This document shows, piece by piece, positions 46,301 through 61,400 of a stretch of DNA of 64,000 bases (position 1 is its first letter; each line of letters begins with the position of its first letter). Under the pieces are notes generated by a model. That model made no database searches, was not told where the DNA came from, and worked only from the letters and a program-made list of their open reading frames with translations. This stretch comes from Raillietiella orientalis (taxonomy: Eukaryota). The translations under genes and the position numbers were made by a program. The stretch covers positions 1,302,001 to 1,366,000 of the forward strand of contig JAYWIR010000035.1 of the NCBI GenBank assembly GCA_036172245.1. Direction: 5' to 3'.

Positions 46301-49300
46301 AGGAGCGACGGACCCGCTGCCGCGCAGACGCTCCCCTCACCGAGGTTTCCATTTCCAACGCCAGAAAGGTTCCATGCGGGGGATCGAGGGTTTCGAGCCT
46401 GTCGGATGTCACGCAAGCATCATATGTGCTCCCGCCGCCTAGCGACAGGGTCAACAACGGGCGGATCGGCTCTCAGAGTCCTGGATGGCTGCTTGCTGGC
46501 CGGAGAAGTTGGCGGTCGTGAAGAGGACGGGGAAGGGAGGGGAGAGCAGAAATGCTCTTTGAGAATTCGCCTTCCAGGGAACCCTGAAGTCCTTCGCCGC
46601 GATCCCGATGTTCCTCCTCCTTCCTCCGGACGGGAAAAAGACTAACCGGAATGCCTCGCCGATTTAGTCACGCAGTCCCGACCTGTGGCCGTTGCCGCTG
46701 TGGAAACACGGAGCTTTTTTTGAAAAAAACAAAAAAAGCAAAAACAAACAAAATACACAAAGTTGAGTTCTTATTCTTCGAGTTTATGTGCACGCGCATG
46801 TGTACATGCAGATGCACCATCTGTTCCCTTTTGAAGCCAGCACTTCGAATCCACAAAGTGCTGCAGTGATCCTGCGCACGAACAGGGTATCAACTGGAAT
46901 CTTCTCAGGGACACTTCGCTGGCGATTTGCAAGTGAAGAACGGTCCCTAATTTCGAGCGGCACGTGCTGCATCCCGTCACGAAAGCTTCCCTCCTGCCCG
47001 ATAAAAAAAAAGCGAGAAGACAAGTCTGAGTGGTCCACTACGTCTCGTGAGCCGCTGCATCTTTTTCCAGAGCTTTCAGCACCCTTTGCTGATTTTCTCC
47101 AGCTGAAATTGACGGTCGTTATTGCTGGAGCGGATGGGAAAAAAACTTTCCCTGCTCTCTGGTCGTCAAGGTGATGTGAGGCGTTACCGTCCAAGGCTTC
47201 CGATCTCCACCCACGATGGGAGGGAGAATCAGGACCGTTCATCTTGCTAGCAAGTAGAATGCAGTCGCCTAGTCGCAGGGAAAGCTGGTCGCGATCAGCT
47301 GAGACAAAGCACGTGGAGGTGCTATCGGGAAATCGCCCGGAGGCGCATGAGACCGGAAGGCGAGACGAGGTTCTCTTCAGGACCTCGAGACAAACCTGCT
47401 AAGAGAAGGGGGCGTTTTCCGCTTTCTCATCCAGAGGGTCACTTCTGCTACCCCTCACACGAGGGGATGATCCGGAATCTCTCCATATGCTGGAAATCGA
47501 AGAACGGCCGAGACTATACCGCGGTTTCCACGGTGACCCTTGTGCGCGCTAGAAGGCCGAGCACCCATCCTAGGTTTCGCCCGTCGACTCGAAGTTTCCC
47601 GTTTCAAGGAGCCCGCGATAACCTGAGATGGAGGTTCTATGTTTACGGAGTCTGAGAAGATGCGCGACGGCTCAGAGAAGCGGAACGAAGCCGTCGAGGA
47701 ACGTCCAAGGCTTTGGAGCGCTCGTCTCTTCCCGCGGAAGACCCTCTGCTTAAGAGGAAACGAGAGGAGCATCGCGGACCGAATCCCGATTGTTCTCATC
47801 TTATCAAGTTCTTAGTTGCTGAAATTTTGGAGCTGAGCCTCCCAGATTTTCATCTTTGTTCTGCAACAGCTGCAAGTAGCGCACCCGTTTGCATTTTCCA
47901 CTTGCTAAGCTTCTCGTCCACTCTGCTAAAAACGAGCGTGGCGCCCCGCGTTGCATCCTCCAGAGCCATCTCCTCCGATTGGCAGGGAGGTGACGCAAGA
48001 TAACCGGAGAGATCCCCCCCCCCCCCTTCCCTCTTCGCGTGAATCTCCTAACGGAAGACGTTGGCTTCCGCCCTGCCCATCCCTATGCAATCATTCGGTT
48101 CAGAAGATGCCCCCTAGCGGCGCTGAGAATAAACGGAACTGGGATGTTGCTAAAGGGGTTATCCGCAACAGCAGACCCCCCTTCCCCCCCATGCACGAGA
48201 AATCTCCCCGCCCTCACTCCAATTGCTGTCAGCAGCTGGTGGGAATTTTATATAGGCTCCTCATCCAAGATTAGAATCTCCGACGGTGAATGCATAAGAA
48301 AATGGCTCGTGTCTTTGGGGATTTCCTTCCGCTTTCCACGCACATTAACCGAATTTACAGCTTCAGATGAGATAAAAAGTTATCTTTCGAAAGAATAGCC
48401 AGATTGGCTCGGAGATACAGATCGAAGATAATTCCTCGTGCAATTTCCCCCTTGTAGCATCAGGAAACTTCAGCGCTCTGAGCAAGTTTGAAATTCCACC
48501 TCGCGACGAATCTTGCGGAAGTTCATCTCGAACGGCAGAGCAAAAAAAAAAAAGCCCGAAACAGATGGGTCTCCTCTTTCAGATGAGGTCTTCCATCCCG
48601 GGCACGGATTCGCTCCTCCTGGGACGCGGTTCCGCATTGACTTCAGGAAACTCAACTTTTTTTTTTTTTTTTCCTCCTCGAATCTGGAAACTTCGGCGCC
48701 CTGCACCCTCTCAGTCTTGCGCCCATAAACCAGTAAGCTTACTGGTGGCATGAGACCCTGAGTCAAATGTTTCAACACCTTCCAGAGAGTAAGCGCCTGT
48801 TTGCCACTCCGAAGTCACTGAATTCTGTCCCTACGGGAAGTCTTGGATTCTGTTTGGGTTTGATCTGGGATCGCTTCGCAACGTCGAAGTGATGCTTTGC
48901 CTTTCGTCCTTCAGCCTTGTTTGGTTTTTGACTGTTGACTCATTTGGCTGGAACTTGCGGCCTGCCGCTTTTCCTTTCACCTCCATTATGAAACAGTTTC
49001 AGAGAAGATCAAATGATAGAGAAACGTCCTCATCATCGTCAACATTCATGAAATCAATGGATCCCAGTTAATAATTGCCTTGCGACACGTTCATCCTGGA
49101 AACTGATCGTTTCCCTAGACTTTTTAAGGTTCCAGCTAAAGTCCAGAAAAACTTCTCATGACTGCAGGCATGAGGAGTGTCCTTCTTGCACAGCTTCTTT
49201 AGCGCATTCCTCCATCCACAAATCGCTCAGCTCAGCAAAGCTTTTCCTATCCATTTCTTGCTGTATTTTTCCCATCCAACAGTAACTCACCTGTGGATGA

Positions 49301-52300
49301 GTCATTCCTTGGTTCGACCAAGGAATTCTGGAAAGAAAACAACGAAGACGACGACGAAAATCTGCTCATTTCCTTTTCTTCTTTCTCCATTGACCTCCGT
49401 TTCCAGCCATACATTTCGGTTTCCCTTGTGTCTCCGTCTTGCATGAACTCAGGGAGTATTGAGTCCGTCAAGATAGCACAAATCCATCGATTATCTCAGG
49501 CAACGATACGGCCCGATCTCTCGAGCTGTTTGCACCCGTTTCGGGTGTTTTTCGAAATTGGCTCGTAGATACGGAACCACTCCCTCCTGTTCCCAATTCA
49601 TTAAGATGCGTGAACGGAACGGAACGTGCGCTTCCTGCTTTCGTACTGCCAGGAGACTGGTGCCTCCGAAGGAAATTCCAAGTCCGCACTGTCATGCAAA
49701 TGAACCAGGAATCCGGACGCGTCGAGGCAGAAGAAAATTCTCTCTGTGACGACACGGTTCGTGGAAGGACCCGCTTCGTCTCGGAAACTTTGACACTTTC
49801 GCCTCCTCTACGTGCCATTCCACATCTTTCGATCCAGGAGGAAAACTACCTGTTTACTTGCACTGGAACGACCGCGATTGTACGCACGCGCATGTGAGGG
49901 GCCACCCTTCTGGGCCTGCTTCCCTTCGCTGTTCCTTAATTTCTGTTCCTGTCCTCATAATGGCTGGCATCGGTAATTTCAGGTTAAGTAAGAATGAACA
50001 CTCCTCAAAGCAAAACACACACATGCACAGAGGCTGTACTCCGAGGAGGAGGAGGTTATTGTAGTGTTTGCTACGCCAAAACAAAAACTCATTCCTCAGA
50101 AATCTCTGTAATGATCCTTTAGAGTTTTCCATCACCATTTAGCAGGCGTCCGCAAGGTTTCACTTGATAAAAGGAATTTCTCGAAAGAGCAGCCGTTAGA
50201 TGACATCCAGACGAAGATCCATACGAATCCGCTGAGCAGAAAAAAGCAAGAAAACAGTTGGAACACCCTCATTCGTGCTTCTTTCTCTGTCTCTCCCTTT
50301 GACACTCGATAACCTTTGTGTCTCTGGTAATCGGCATTTGGATTTTCGTTCCTTTCGTATTTCAAGCAATTAGGGTTCTTGTGACCTCAAGTTCAGGTGG
50401 GAACCGCTCGTCTTGGTGCATTTCTCAGGCGAAGAACAAGGGTGATCCGTCTTGCATGACAAAGAGTGAGTCGGGCAGAAGCAGCGTGATGCTTAGATTC
50501 ATTGAGCAACCAAGTTTTCAGCGGAGGAACCCGAAGACAGGCGACTGTGGCTGCTGAGAGTGGCGTAACTGCGCAGCGACATCAGGGCACGCGCCGCGCA
50601 TGTACATTGGGAGCAAAGAGAGTTTCCGAAAAACAGAAGGCTGTCCTGAGAGCGACAAAATCACAAGCGGAGAGAATGCCCTTCTTCGTCTTCTTCCTCT
50701 TCGACAGCCAAAGTCATTGAACGAAAGCGAAAGAAGGACTGCCGCGGAGTGCCAAACGGCAATGCATCCCCGCTCCTGCGCGCTATCCATGTTGAGTTGG
50801 AAGTTTAGCGAATTCTTTTCTCATGCTCAGAAATTCGTGGGGGCGGGGTATGGACCGCGTAGGGAGGAATCTTTAGAGATGCACGCTTGATCTTGGTTCC
50901 ATCATGGAGGAAAGAGCTCCCTTTGGCTCTTTTTCCAGCAGACAAGAGAAGAAAGAAAACTTGAAAGTTTGTCACCAGTTAGTTGCTCCCTATATCCACT
51001 TATTTTCAGCAACTGATCACCACGATCAGGGTGGATCTTTGTAGTTCGAGCATGCTGCGTAGTTCCTCAAATGTTTCTCTTTCGGAGGAATTTAGTTTGT
51101 CCGTTGCTTTCAGTTCAATGGGCAAATCTTTCCAAACTCCTCCCCAAGGGGATTCCAAGAGATGCCTACCTTTTGGACGTCTTCCTCCAGAGAAAAGCAA
51201 TCATTAACAAGCCGATTCCGCGTTTGTAGAATGCGTAGAAGATCCAGTTTCCCCGTCAACTGCCAGCTCTCCCTTTTTCGAGGTCCCATTAGCGACGTTC
51301 CAGATCCTCCCACGGATAGAGCAGAGCCATTCCAATGGATGTACTCCTTGGAATAGTTGGTGGCTGCAATTCCTCGGCGCACGAACCATCCAATCTTCAG
51401 CAAAGCGAATTGATGCTTCTGTTCAAGAGCACTTGAAGTCACCTGAAGCTGTGGACTAGAACGGTTGGTCGACGGAACACGAAATGGCAACTCGACACCA
51501 TGGGAGACCTTGAATTACGATTTCTCAGATGTCTAGGAAGCAAGCAAGAGAGCTCCGCTGAGGCATGGATCCGATCTGCAAACTGGTGATGAGTTTTGTT
51601 TCTTTGCGATTTGAAGTTAGGCGGAGGCACTTACTGAAGACGAGGAGAAGTTTTGTCCTATTCATGATTCGTAAATTAATATTTAAGGATGCAACCAATA
51701 TGAAAGTGCATTGGAATCTTAGTGTCCAAGCGCAAGGGGATCGTTGAAAACTTCAAAACGTTCAAAACTTCCATAGCGACACGTGGTAGCTTATGAAATT
51801 CTTCCTCTTCTTCTGAGAAGCATTCTCTTCCTTCGCTAGAAAGCAGTCAAATTGAGTGGCCTGATGCGTTTCCTTTCGTCACACGTTGAGGATTAGGAAA
51901 TGGATTCAAAGGCTTACGCAAACAGTATCTATGAAATTCCTCTTCACCTCTCAATTAATGCTCAAAGACAGGTGAAACAGGGAAGCATATCGACCGAGAT
52001 TCGCTCGTATAAGAGCTTCATTTCGAAATCGAATTCCTTCAGTTTCAGCACCTCAGTGTACGAATCGAGATACGAGATAACCCCTCCCTCATTGCTAAAG
52101 CGTTGTAGTATCCGTTAACATTCCCTGTATGCACCGCAACTCGCTTTACAGACATCAGAGAGGTAATCCCTGACCCACACTTGTGCCATGAATTACTTCT
52201 AAGGACATACGAGTTTCTTTAGGCTTGCATTTTAGGTTGCTACGGAGGATGTGAATTTCATCCCTTACGTAACTCACGAGATGAAATTAGTGGGAAGTTC

Positions 52301-55300
52301 AGGCGTCGCGGACCGAATTCCGAGTACATGGGGATCAAGAGTTTGGACTTGGGACTTCCGTGCTCTCGTGGCTTGGTGGAGCTAGTGCTTCCTGGGATGA
52401 CGGCGTTGCTTCTCGGCGACCTTGAGCCACCTCACTTGTTACCCTGATCTCACATGTCCACGAGAAGAATCTGGAGTCGTGCATATTTCTGAGACATGCC
52501 AAAGGCAGTGAAACCACACTGACTGTCGTCTTCTTAGTAAACAAGAAGCGGCTGCTTGATGGGGTTTCACTCGAGCCAGCGAACAGTAGCCCACTCTGAC
52601 TTTTCAGTAACGTTGATTCCTCACAGAACAAGTGTAGATTTCCACTTCATCAAATGTACACTCAATGGCGACCTACATGTCCAAATTACGTGCACTTTCC
52701 CCGAATCGTTGGAGCCTTTCATGGAAACAGAAGTTGCTCTTGATGCAAGTATGGCAAAGCTTGTTGTCCTGCGGACGGTGCACTGTGGTTGTGGAAACGA
52801 TGTGGTTCAGCTAAGATGCGCGGGCTAACCTACGCATTCCCATAGTACGTTCTCAAAGCAGGGGAAATTATTGACACCTTCAAGGTTCATGAATTTCTTC
52901 TTCTTCCTTTCATTGATCCCATGTAACAAAAGCTATTGTGGTGCATGTTATCAGCATGTATATGCGCTCCAGCGTCATCTGAACGAGAACAGAAGAGAAA
53001 ATATAATAATTAGCAAGTGTGTATTTATCCTTTGGAGATCCTTATATTATCTTCAGACTCAGATGCCAATGGCTAGAGAGATGCTTTCCCATGAAAGAAG
53101 TTTCGTGGAGCAGGTGATGAAGCAGCTTTGTAAAATGAGCATGGATCTTGAGGGCGAACGCAAAGGGGTCTCAAGGGATGCTGAACGTATTACTCGAGAG
53201 GCTACATCCAGCGAAGCTCCTGCTCTTCGACCTGCTTGCGCCGAAACCAACCACCTGTTCAAAAATGTTTCGGAAAATCCACAATACACTTTTGCATGTG
53301 GACGCTTTTGGTGCTTCGAAACAGAAGCAGCACCACCTACCATTCGAGATCCCATTCCAGACGGCGTCCAGAATCTTTGTTTGGAGATGAGCTGCGTCCT
53401 CAAAGAGGACCGTTTGAGTTTTTGCCGAACTTCCAATAAGAGACTGACCAGGTTTTTACAAGATGAAGAAGCATAGAAGATAAGAAGAATGAATTTGAGA
53501 AGAAGGACACACTTATTAGACGGATAGATGCAGATGCCGACTTGGACGCACAGGATCACACGGATGACCATACGTTTCCATTTATCATTACAGCAGTGGC
53601 TTATCTGCAAGAGAGGAACAACGAATCTGGAAACATTCTTCGTTTAAAAATATCGCCGAGGAAAATTCTTAAACATGCGAGGATGCTCTCTCTCAAATTC
53701 TCTCTCTTCTCTCTCATTCTCTCACCAGTCTGGATAGATCTTGAGTAAGCAAACATCCAAAAAAGACCATAGCGGGATGGTTGAAAGCCCTAACGATGCA
53801 AATGGACCTTTTATTATCACGTGGTCATATCAGTACAAAAGGATCAACACCTGATCCAAGTGAATGAGCTTATAAATATAAGGACACAGGCGATCTTTGG
53901 CTTTATGGCTGAAGGAAAAATGGTCTATTGATTTAGTAAGCATGAAAAACATATTCGAACAGGAAAATTCTAAACTATTTTTTTCCGTGCAGCAGCCGTT
54001 CTGCTGCACAGGTGTATCAGCTGCCCTAGTGATAATAGTACTAATGATGCATTCCGGCGTAGTTGGTGGTAATTGCGAATCAAATATCAAATCTGTTAAG
54101 GTTCAGGTATCACTGATAGGTGATTTCCTCCAACGCACACTAGCCACAGAGCACGGGTCCTCCATTCTCCGGGACACCAATCCAGATTGCATAAAACTGA
54201 TCCAGATCGCCAAGGGCCAAGGGTTTGCTCAGTGGGAGGAAACACCTCTATCTCCGGAGGGAGGAAAAGGCGCCCGGAAAGGGAAAAGTGGACGAAAATA
54301 TATTTAACCGCTTCCACTCTTTCCGATTCTCGTAGCCGTTGATTTTCTTTGGTATCCGCTCTCTTAATTTGGCCATCACGGGCACAAGTCCCAAAGTTGA
54401 GCCACCATGTTTAAAACGGGGCCAAAGAAACACAAAACTAAAAGGGAGGATGAGAGATACTTCCGCTTTCTCTAAACCATCTTATGGCAGGGACAACTCA
54501 TACCTTGTATGTGTGTGTGTGTTTTCGCAAGTTGCCATATCCATAGCAGACGTTTCGTAGGCACGAACAGGCAAGAAAGTGAGAAAGGGGACATTTCATG
54601 ATTCTCCGTACAAGAAAAAGAAAAAAAAACAAAGCAGCGGGACGGCGGTCCCTACGGAGCAGATGGGATCGAAGGCGCGGAACCTGAGTTCCGAACGTGT
54701 GATGATGAGAACGGCGGCGTCCGAACGCTGCCAGCGATCCCAGAGCCCGGCTTCGGAGTCCTCCGTAGAAGCAAAATGGAACAGGAACCAGGGCTGACCT
54801 ACGTTCCTCCTGCAAGGCGACTTCGAACCAGAAGAGAGATGTGGCAGGTCCTTTTCCCCACACGAAAAGCCAGAGCGCCTCTGCCGCACTTCCGCATCTC
54901 TTGAACACCGACTCATGGCCAGTGGAAGGTCCTCTCAGCTCGCACCCAGTTTCAGAATGCTTTGCAGCACTCGCGTTCCCTGAAATCGCGGGAACTGGGC
55001 TTTAGACACACTCTTCATGTCACCTTGAGACGACCTCCCGGTTCATGGGAAGCGGAAGCTATCTCGGAAAGGTTTGGTCGAAGCTTGCAGAAGTCAGCGT
55101 CCGCGAATGCTTTTCTACCGGGACCTTCACAAGCGCAATGAACCTCTTGAGATACCGGCAGCGGGATGTAGATCTCAGGCACCCCATTGTGAAGAAGCTT
55201 CTTGAGCCAGAAGGAATCGAAAGTGACTGCAAAAGCGAGGAAACCTTTAAAAGCTTCCGGGGACACATTCTGAATCCACAGAACCTTTTCGGTGGGCACA

Positions 55301-55949
55301 CGAGGGGATGATGAGATCTTGATTTATCTTTGCAGCTTTTCACTTCCTTTCAGCTTCTCTCCCTCGTTTCTGTAAATCCTCAGGGATCGTTGCTTTACCC
55401 GTACAGGAACATCAGACTCTCCGGTGTCCCTGTGCTACATTGGCATTGTGTTGATGATGCGAGGTATCAGAGTAGCGAAGCGTCGCATGATCCATATGTT
55501 CCTGTATTCGTGGTCATGCCAGTTACTACTGCGCATTCTAATAATCTTCACCGCTTTTGAGCTCGTGAATGTGAGCGCGACTGCACATGAAAATCGAATT
55601 AAATCGTCCTCTTTTGAAACGCATTACTGACTTATTCACTCCCTCTGACCCAACCTAAAGAATCCTTCCATCATTCGATTTTCCAATTCTTCAAAGCCAA
55701 AGACAACCTTCCTTTGAAATCACCCAAAGGTAACCGTCAAAAGATATTCAAGACAAAGCTCCGCGTTTTCCACTATTCGCTTCTCCTCTTCATTCCTCTC
55801 CAGATGCTCTTTTCACTGCTTTCCATCTCCGATTCACCTCACTTTACGGGCAACTGTGGTAGTTGACTTGAGGTTTCGTTTGGCATTGTCAGAAAGGAAA
55901 AGGAATTAAAGCATCAAGACGTTGCCACGCAAACGTCCCGGAGAGGCGT

Positions 55950-57120
55950 ACGAACATCTGTGCCTTCATAATTGGAACCCTGGGATCCTGGGACCCGAAG
56001 AATGATGGAGCCTTTCGAGAGTGAAGTGCTCCAAGGCTGTATGACTATGCGCGGGCAAGATGAGGGAACTTTTGGTAGTCTCCTGCATCCGATGCATCCG
56101 GAACATCTACTATACTCACCGATCGAGGCGTCTTCCAGACGGCGCTTATGTTCCCGTGGAACACAGGGTAGGAGAGGGTTCTCATAAGCAGCAGGTAGAA
56201 GTCTTCGAGCAGCAGCAGAAGCAAGTTCTTAGGGGTAAACCTGGTAATGTTGTTCATACAAGCCGGAGACAAGGAAGAGGCAGTTTTGGAATCGTGCAGT
56301 TTGCACGATCCCAATCATCGCTGTTAGTATGAGTAGGCCAGTGACACCTCGCCGAAACGCACTGTAGACCTATGGTGGGCAGGAAGAACCTGCCCACCGT
56401 TGTCGCAGCGCTGCCCTCCCTGAGGGAACACATGGGCGGCAGCATTCCGGCAAGATGGAAGGTATCTATCTATAGAGATCTTCGGCAAGGAAAAACGACT
56501 GCGTGAGTGGACGACGGCCCACAGATGCTGCGACTCCGAGTGCCCCACCTCGAGGACTTCTGAACTGGGATGGGCTGCTGGATATTCCGGTGGAACTCCC
56601 CAGTGCTCTTGGACACCAGCACCCTCCCTTTAAAGTGTCAGGAGTCTGCGTTGATGCTGCTGCACAGGCATCTCTTGTGCTACGCCCGCAGGAACCACTG
56701 GACACGAAGGGGAGGGGGGGACCCGAACTGTGTCAAGTGCTGGGAACACGAATCCCTCCTCCCTCACCTGCTTGTGGATTGTGTTGCCCTGCGGTCCCTC
56801 TGAGAACGCTTTGCCGCGACCCTGGGGGACCCCGGCAGCAACTCCATGGACGCTCTAAAACTCCTCCTCCTACGCGACTCCCTTCGGTCAGCAGCCTCGC
56901 TAGCAGCTCTCTTCTGTCTGCGCAGGATTGTAACTGCCTGGAGTGATGCAAAAGGAGGACGAAGCTGCAGCGATGTCATCCACTTTGCCGTCCGATTCAT
57001 GAGGATGGAAACAAGATGGCTCCACCTGGAACATATGCAGGGTGAACTTGTCAGCATCCTCGAAAGGATGCAGAGGACCGCTTCCTGTAGAAGGTGATTC
57101 CCTCCTGCACCCTTGCAAGT
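55950..57120 (+). mobile_element. 3' remnant of an L1/Tx1-like non-LTR retrotransposon; ends approximate
   Basis: RRQGRGSFGI (~xxxGGLGI), then the CCHC knuckle PNCVKCWEHESLLPHLLVDC (zf-RVT-like). Interrupted by stops. Confidence 0.55.
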
Positions 57121-60100
57121 ATATTTATTTACTTTTTTTTTTATTTTTGTTTCTTTTTCTTTTTTGCCCCATCTCCTCTGCTGCCGTGGTGGACCACACC
57201 GGTCTGCGTATCGGTTACCCGGCAGATTCCCTTTGGAATGGGCGTGGATGCACCACCGATCCTACCACAAAAATTATGGATATTCATTTCTACAGCAAAT
57301 AAACGCCTCGGCGTACCCGGTTGACAACTCTGGACCTACGTTACTTATGCGACTGTGACCGCACGCATCAGAGAGTGCGCATCTCCACAGTGGTGAAGTT
57401 CTGGCTTGTTCTCTGACAAGTGTACATCCGGAACATCAAGTGCCAAGGATCCGAGCAGTTTCTCAGTGGACATGCGATCACGTAGACGATCCGCAAGCAG
57501 AAGAGTGCACGATGGTCTACGTCTACGCGTCTTTAAGTGCGTCTACACGCGTGTGCACGCACGTAAAAACAGAGGTAGAAATACCTGAACGAGGGTGAGG
57601 ATGCTTGTGACTCGCGTGCACACATCTAAAACATTTGCGTGCGTTGCGTGAGGATGAAGAGAGCGCGCAGACTGCTATTTCCGACCCTTTCCCGCACGCC
57701 TGGATTTTCCCGCGATGTCAGACCTTGACCGTCGGCCGGTCTTTTTGCTTCCTGCTTCCCATGCTCGTGTCATTGAGTAAACACGCTTTTGGTAAAATGT
57801 CAAAGTCATGGGATCGTTTAAAACGCGAGGCCGTTGGAGAATCGAAGGGAACGGTTGAGTGCTTCATGCCTTCGTCCTTTCCGTATGACTTGGTCTTTCC
57901 AAGACCACGGATGACCGCTACTTCACTTGGGGATTTCGCATCTTTTCGAATCGCTCCGTTCTCTTTATAACCATCGAAGTAAAAAGGATTCCACAAAAAA
58001 GAGTTCCTTGCTTCCACTTGGTTCTCTTTTCACCTTGCATTCACTAAGAGTTCTATTGATAACTCGAAAATAACGATAGTAAAAATTCTTCCTCCGAGAG
58101 TTGCTTCTGCTGTGGGGAAATTCTTCTGGATTTCCAGCGAGCGATTAAGGAATTTTTTTTATTCTCCCTAGAGAATTAAAAATTCGAGAGCCTTCCTCTT
58201 TCATCGTCTTTAATGTTCTCTATAAGTTACCCATTGAGCAGTGAAACCATCAAAAAAAATCAGCACAGCTTCCACCTTCAGATACATTTTCGTTTCATGC
58301 AGAGGATCCCAGCAACAATTTTTACAAGCATTGATCGGACTTCCCACAAACATCTGTATGTTTCTTCTGCGCTGATCCCGCGGTTCATACCATCCAAACT
58401 AATTTCACTGATCCCTTTCGCCGGTAGAAAGGAGTGTTTCCGACCTACACTTATTCGGTATCTCAGAAGCGTTGAGAGTTGATGGCATGAGTTCCTTTCC
58501 ACAAAAGAGTCCTCTGGAATATGTTCAACAACAACAAGCTTTGGGTTTTGTGTCTTTTACAATTCATTATGCATTTATGATTACCCCCTCCCTCCCCCTT
58601 CACATCGCTTTCTGCCTGTTTCAGAGCATCCCACGAGATCACTAGAAGCTTAGATAAAATGAAGCGACAACAAAATGGCGATTTAGGTACATTCAAGTCT
58701 TCAAACAGATTCTTTCAAATGCATTCAAGCAGAAGGCATGTTCAAGACGATAAGCCTCCGCTATTCCAGATCAGAATGCAACCGGTTTCCTCCGACACTT
58801 CTCTGGCCATGCTGTATGGGGAGTCTGCAGATTTCGTCTGATGAGCTGAGCAGTTCACCGGTTCATTTTTTCTGATCCACAACTTACTACAGAACTCCAA
58901 ATTGATTACTAATGGGAATAAAAAGATATCTGTAAGAAAAATGTTTTGGAAATCGTAAGTACATGGAGTGCTGGACCATGGTCTCATTTCATCTTTTTTT
59001 TCCGAAAGATGGCGTTGAGAGGAGGATAAGCATGAAGATTTCGGGTGTTTTTTTTTTGGTGAAGTTTTCGAGTTTGAAACAGCAAAGCGTGGAGGCACGT
59101 GAAAAGAGGAACATGAGTCCACGAACGATCCCAGTTCAAGAACAACAGCCGGGGATCAGATCGAACAGTGATTTCTGAAGTGGTAGCCATGGGAAAGAAA
59201 AGATGCGAATCCTCAAGGAATAAGAGCTTGGGAAAAGAAAGCGCTTTCGGAGATGATCTCGAGCATCATGTGGTTAAGGAAGTCACAGCAAAAGAGATGT
59301 GAGGAACGAACCGCAGAAGTGTCTTGCCTTGCTCCTCATTGCTAACGATTGGAAAAAACAAAATAACAGTGGTATTCTTGAGAATCTTCAGTGACTCGGG
59401 AAGCAATCAGACAATTTGCGAGAGAATTCATAATTACGGAATACGAAGGTCAAGCCGAGAACGAACAAGAAGACATTTTTCCGATTCATTGGGATACGAG
59501 TACCAAATCGTCGAGGCAAACGACTTCAAAGGCAGCATGAGATCATTAAGAGGAGGCAGGGAATTATACATATCGAAGTGAATTCGGAGCACAGCTTCTT
59601 AAAATAGGATGGAAACTGTGAACACGCTCTCGAAGTCCGAACCGCTTACTAATTTCAAGAGATACACGCTCGGAGTGCTTGTAATGGCACGAGGAACACT
59701 CCCCACTACCTTTTTCTGAGCAAAGTGTGCAGATTAAAAGTCATTTTCCGTCAGAAGCAGGGTTTTCATATTCTCCTGCATAGCCATGGAGCTTTTTTCA
59801 GTCTGGACTTCCTTTCCGACAGATTTCTTCCCCACCTGATTTATTTCAAGCAGCTTTTCCGATCAAGACTGGTTCATGGCTTACATACACGACCGAGATG
59901 GTTCCGCAATCGTGGAACGAACCAAATCTTTGAGGGTTTTCCTCTCAGCCGTGGAGCGTTCTCATGCAACTTTGCTCTTCATTTCTGCCTTTTTTTTTTT
60001 TTTTTTTTCTTCGACGTTTCTGGAGTCCCGATGAGAGCTTTTGAGTCTTGATGAGTTTGTTTCGATTGTGATACTGTTCCCAGTATTTCACGATTTGTTT

Positions 60101-60639
60101 GCTACTCTATTAAGCATGGAGATTGAAAGTTTATTTTTAAATATTTACCTTTTTTTTTTTTTTTTTTAGGAAGGGGGGGGGGAATTACTCATAAACTTTA
60201 TGATGGTATGAGACTTCATGCTCTTCAAGGATGCTCAGTACACATGCACTTGGGAAATGGATGAGGCTCTTCAGGAACAAGACTTGAGCGAAGAAGGCCT
60301 ATTGGGTCAAAGTAGTGTGCGAAAAGAAACTTCAACTTTCAGGTCGCATGAAGAGAACTTCAGCGTTCTTGGATTCCAAATTTCGACAACTGGAAAGCGG
60401 CGATGAGTTAATTCGAGACAGTCACTATCAACTGTAAATGCACTGTGGAAGATGATGTTTTCCATCCGGCGGAAAACGCTCTATCGCTTCCCGGCCTTTT
60501 CCGCCCGGAGATTCAAAGTGGAATTTTCCCTTGCAGCCCAATTCCAGCCTAGCGGACGTCCCCTCTCGGTTCGTGTTCGTGACAGGTTTGGATTCTGGCT
60601 CCGCTCCGACTGAACTGTCATGAAGAAATGGTGCCATTG

Positions 60640-61400
60640 ACAGTGGAAAGACATCACCGGTACGTGCAGCTTCTAGCTGGCGTGTGTTTCTATGCCGTAG
60701 CGTTTACTACTCACCATGGAGCTGCTGACCTGTCGAGAAACGTCCCAACGGCGATGCGCGCACTTCGCTGTGGATTCACTTCAGGAGGATCATTTTCACT
60801 CCAATACGTTCACTCCAGAAAACGGAACATTCCCATGGGTGCTTCGCTTTCCATTTGGCGCGTGGTCAACGCGACGCAGTTTTGCAGATCTGCGACATGT
60901 ATCAGTTGCCCGAAATTTTCAAAGAGACTGGTTTATCCTTCCCATCAAGGAACGTCTTTACGAGTTCTTGTTTTTGTTTTCCATTCTCGGTCAGCATCCA
61001 TATGTAACGGGTTCCGGGGTGCAGGACCAGATGCTCCTCATGCTCACTCTCGACCACTTCCCAGCGTGGGTCATTGCCATCTTTGGTCCTGATTCAAGTC
61101 CACAAATGGATCATTAGGACAGTGATTCCAAATTCGTCTTTCACAGGCTCTTCTTCGTGTACTGCATCTATTTTGCGCCGGCTAGACACCCTCGTCTTAC
61201 TTTCTGTGGGAGCGACTCGTGCAAGTGCAAATACGGTGTCCTGCCGGCTCACCGCTCACGAGACGGATTCCTTAAAGAACTGCTCCCGTGCTTTAGTAGA
61301 GCCAGGCTGCTACTGCACTTTGACATCCAAATGCCAGTGACTATTCTTCACACGGTTCCGTTGGATGCATTTCGATGAGCATCGATCTTCGCTTGCATGC
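60640..61400 (+). pseudogene. Possible decayed SLC5 sodium:solute symporter fragment; ends approximate
   Basis: Across frameshifts: VVNATQFCR..CISC (~GVNQAQVQRYLSC); QDQMLLMLTLDHFP (~DQLLPYFVMD); NTVSCRL (~STVSSGL). Confidence 0.3.

Noticed and set aside
52620..52830. Tc1-like fragment (VSTTTVHR) on the minus strand
   Set aside because: Too short; no terminal inverted repeats or DDE triad.
55015..55450. BTB-like peptide IQNVSPEAFKGFL on the minus strand
   Set aside because: Single short resemblance with no intact frame.
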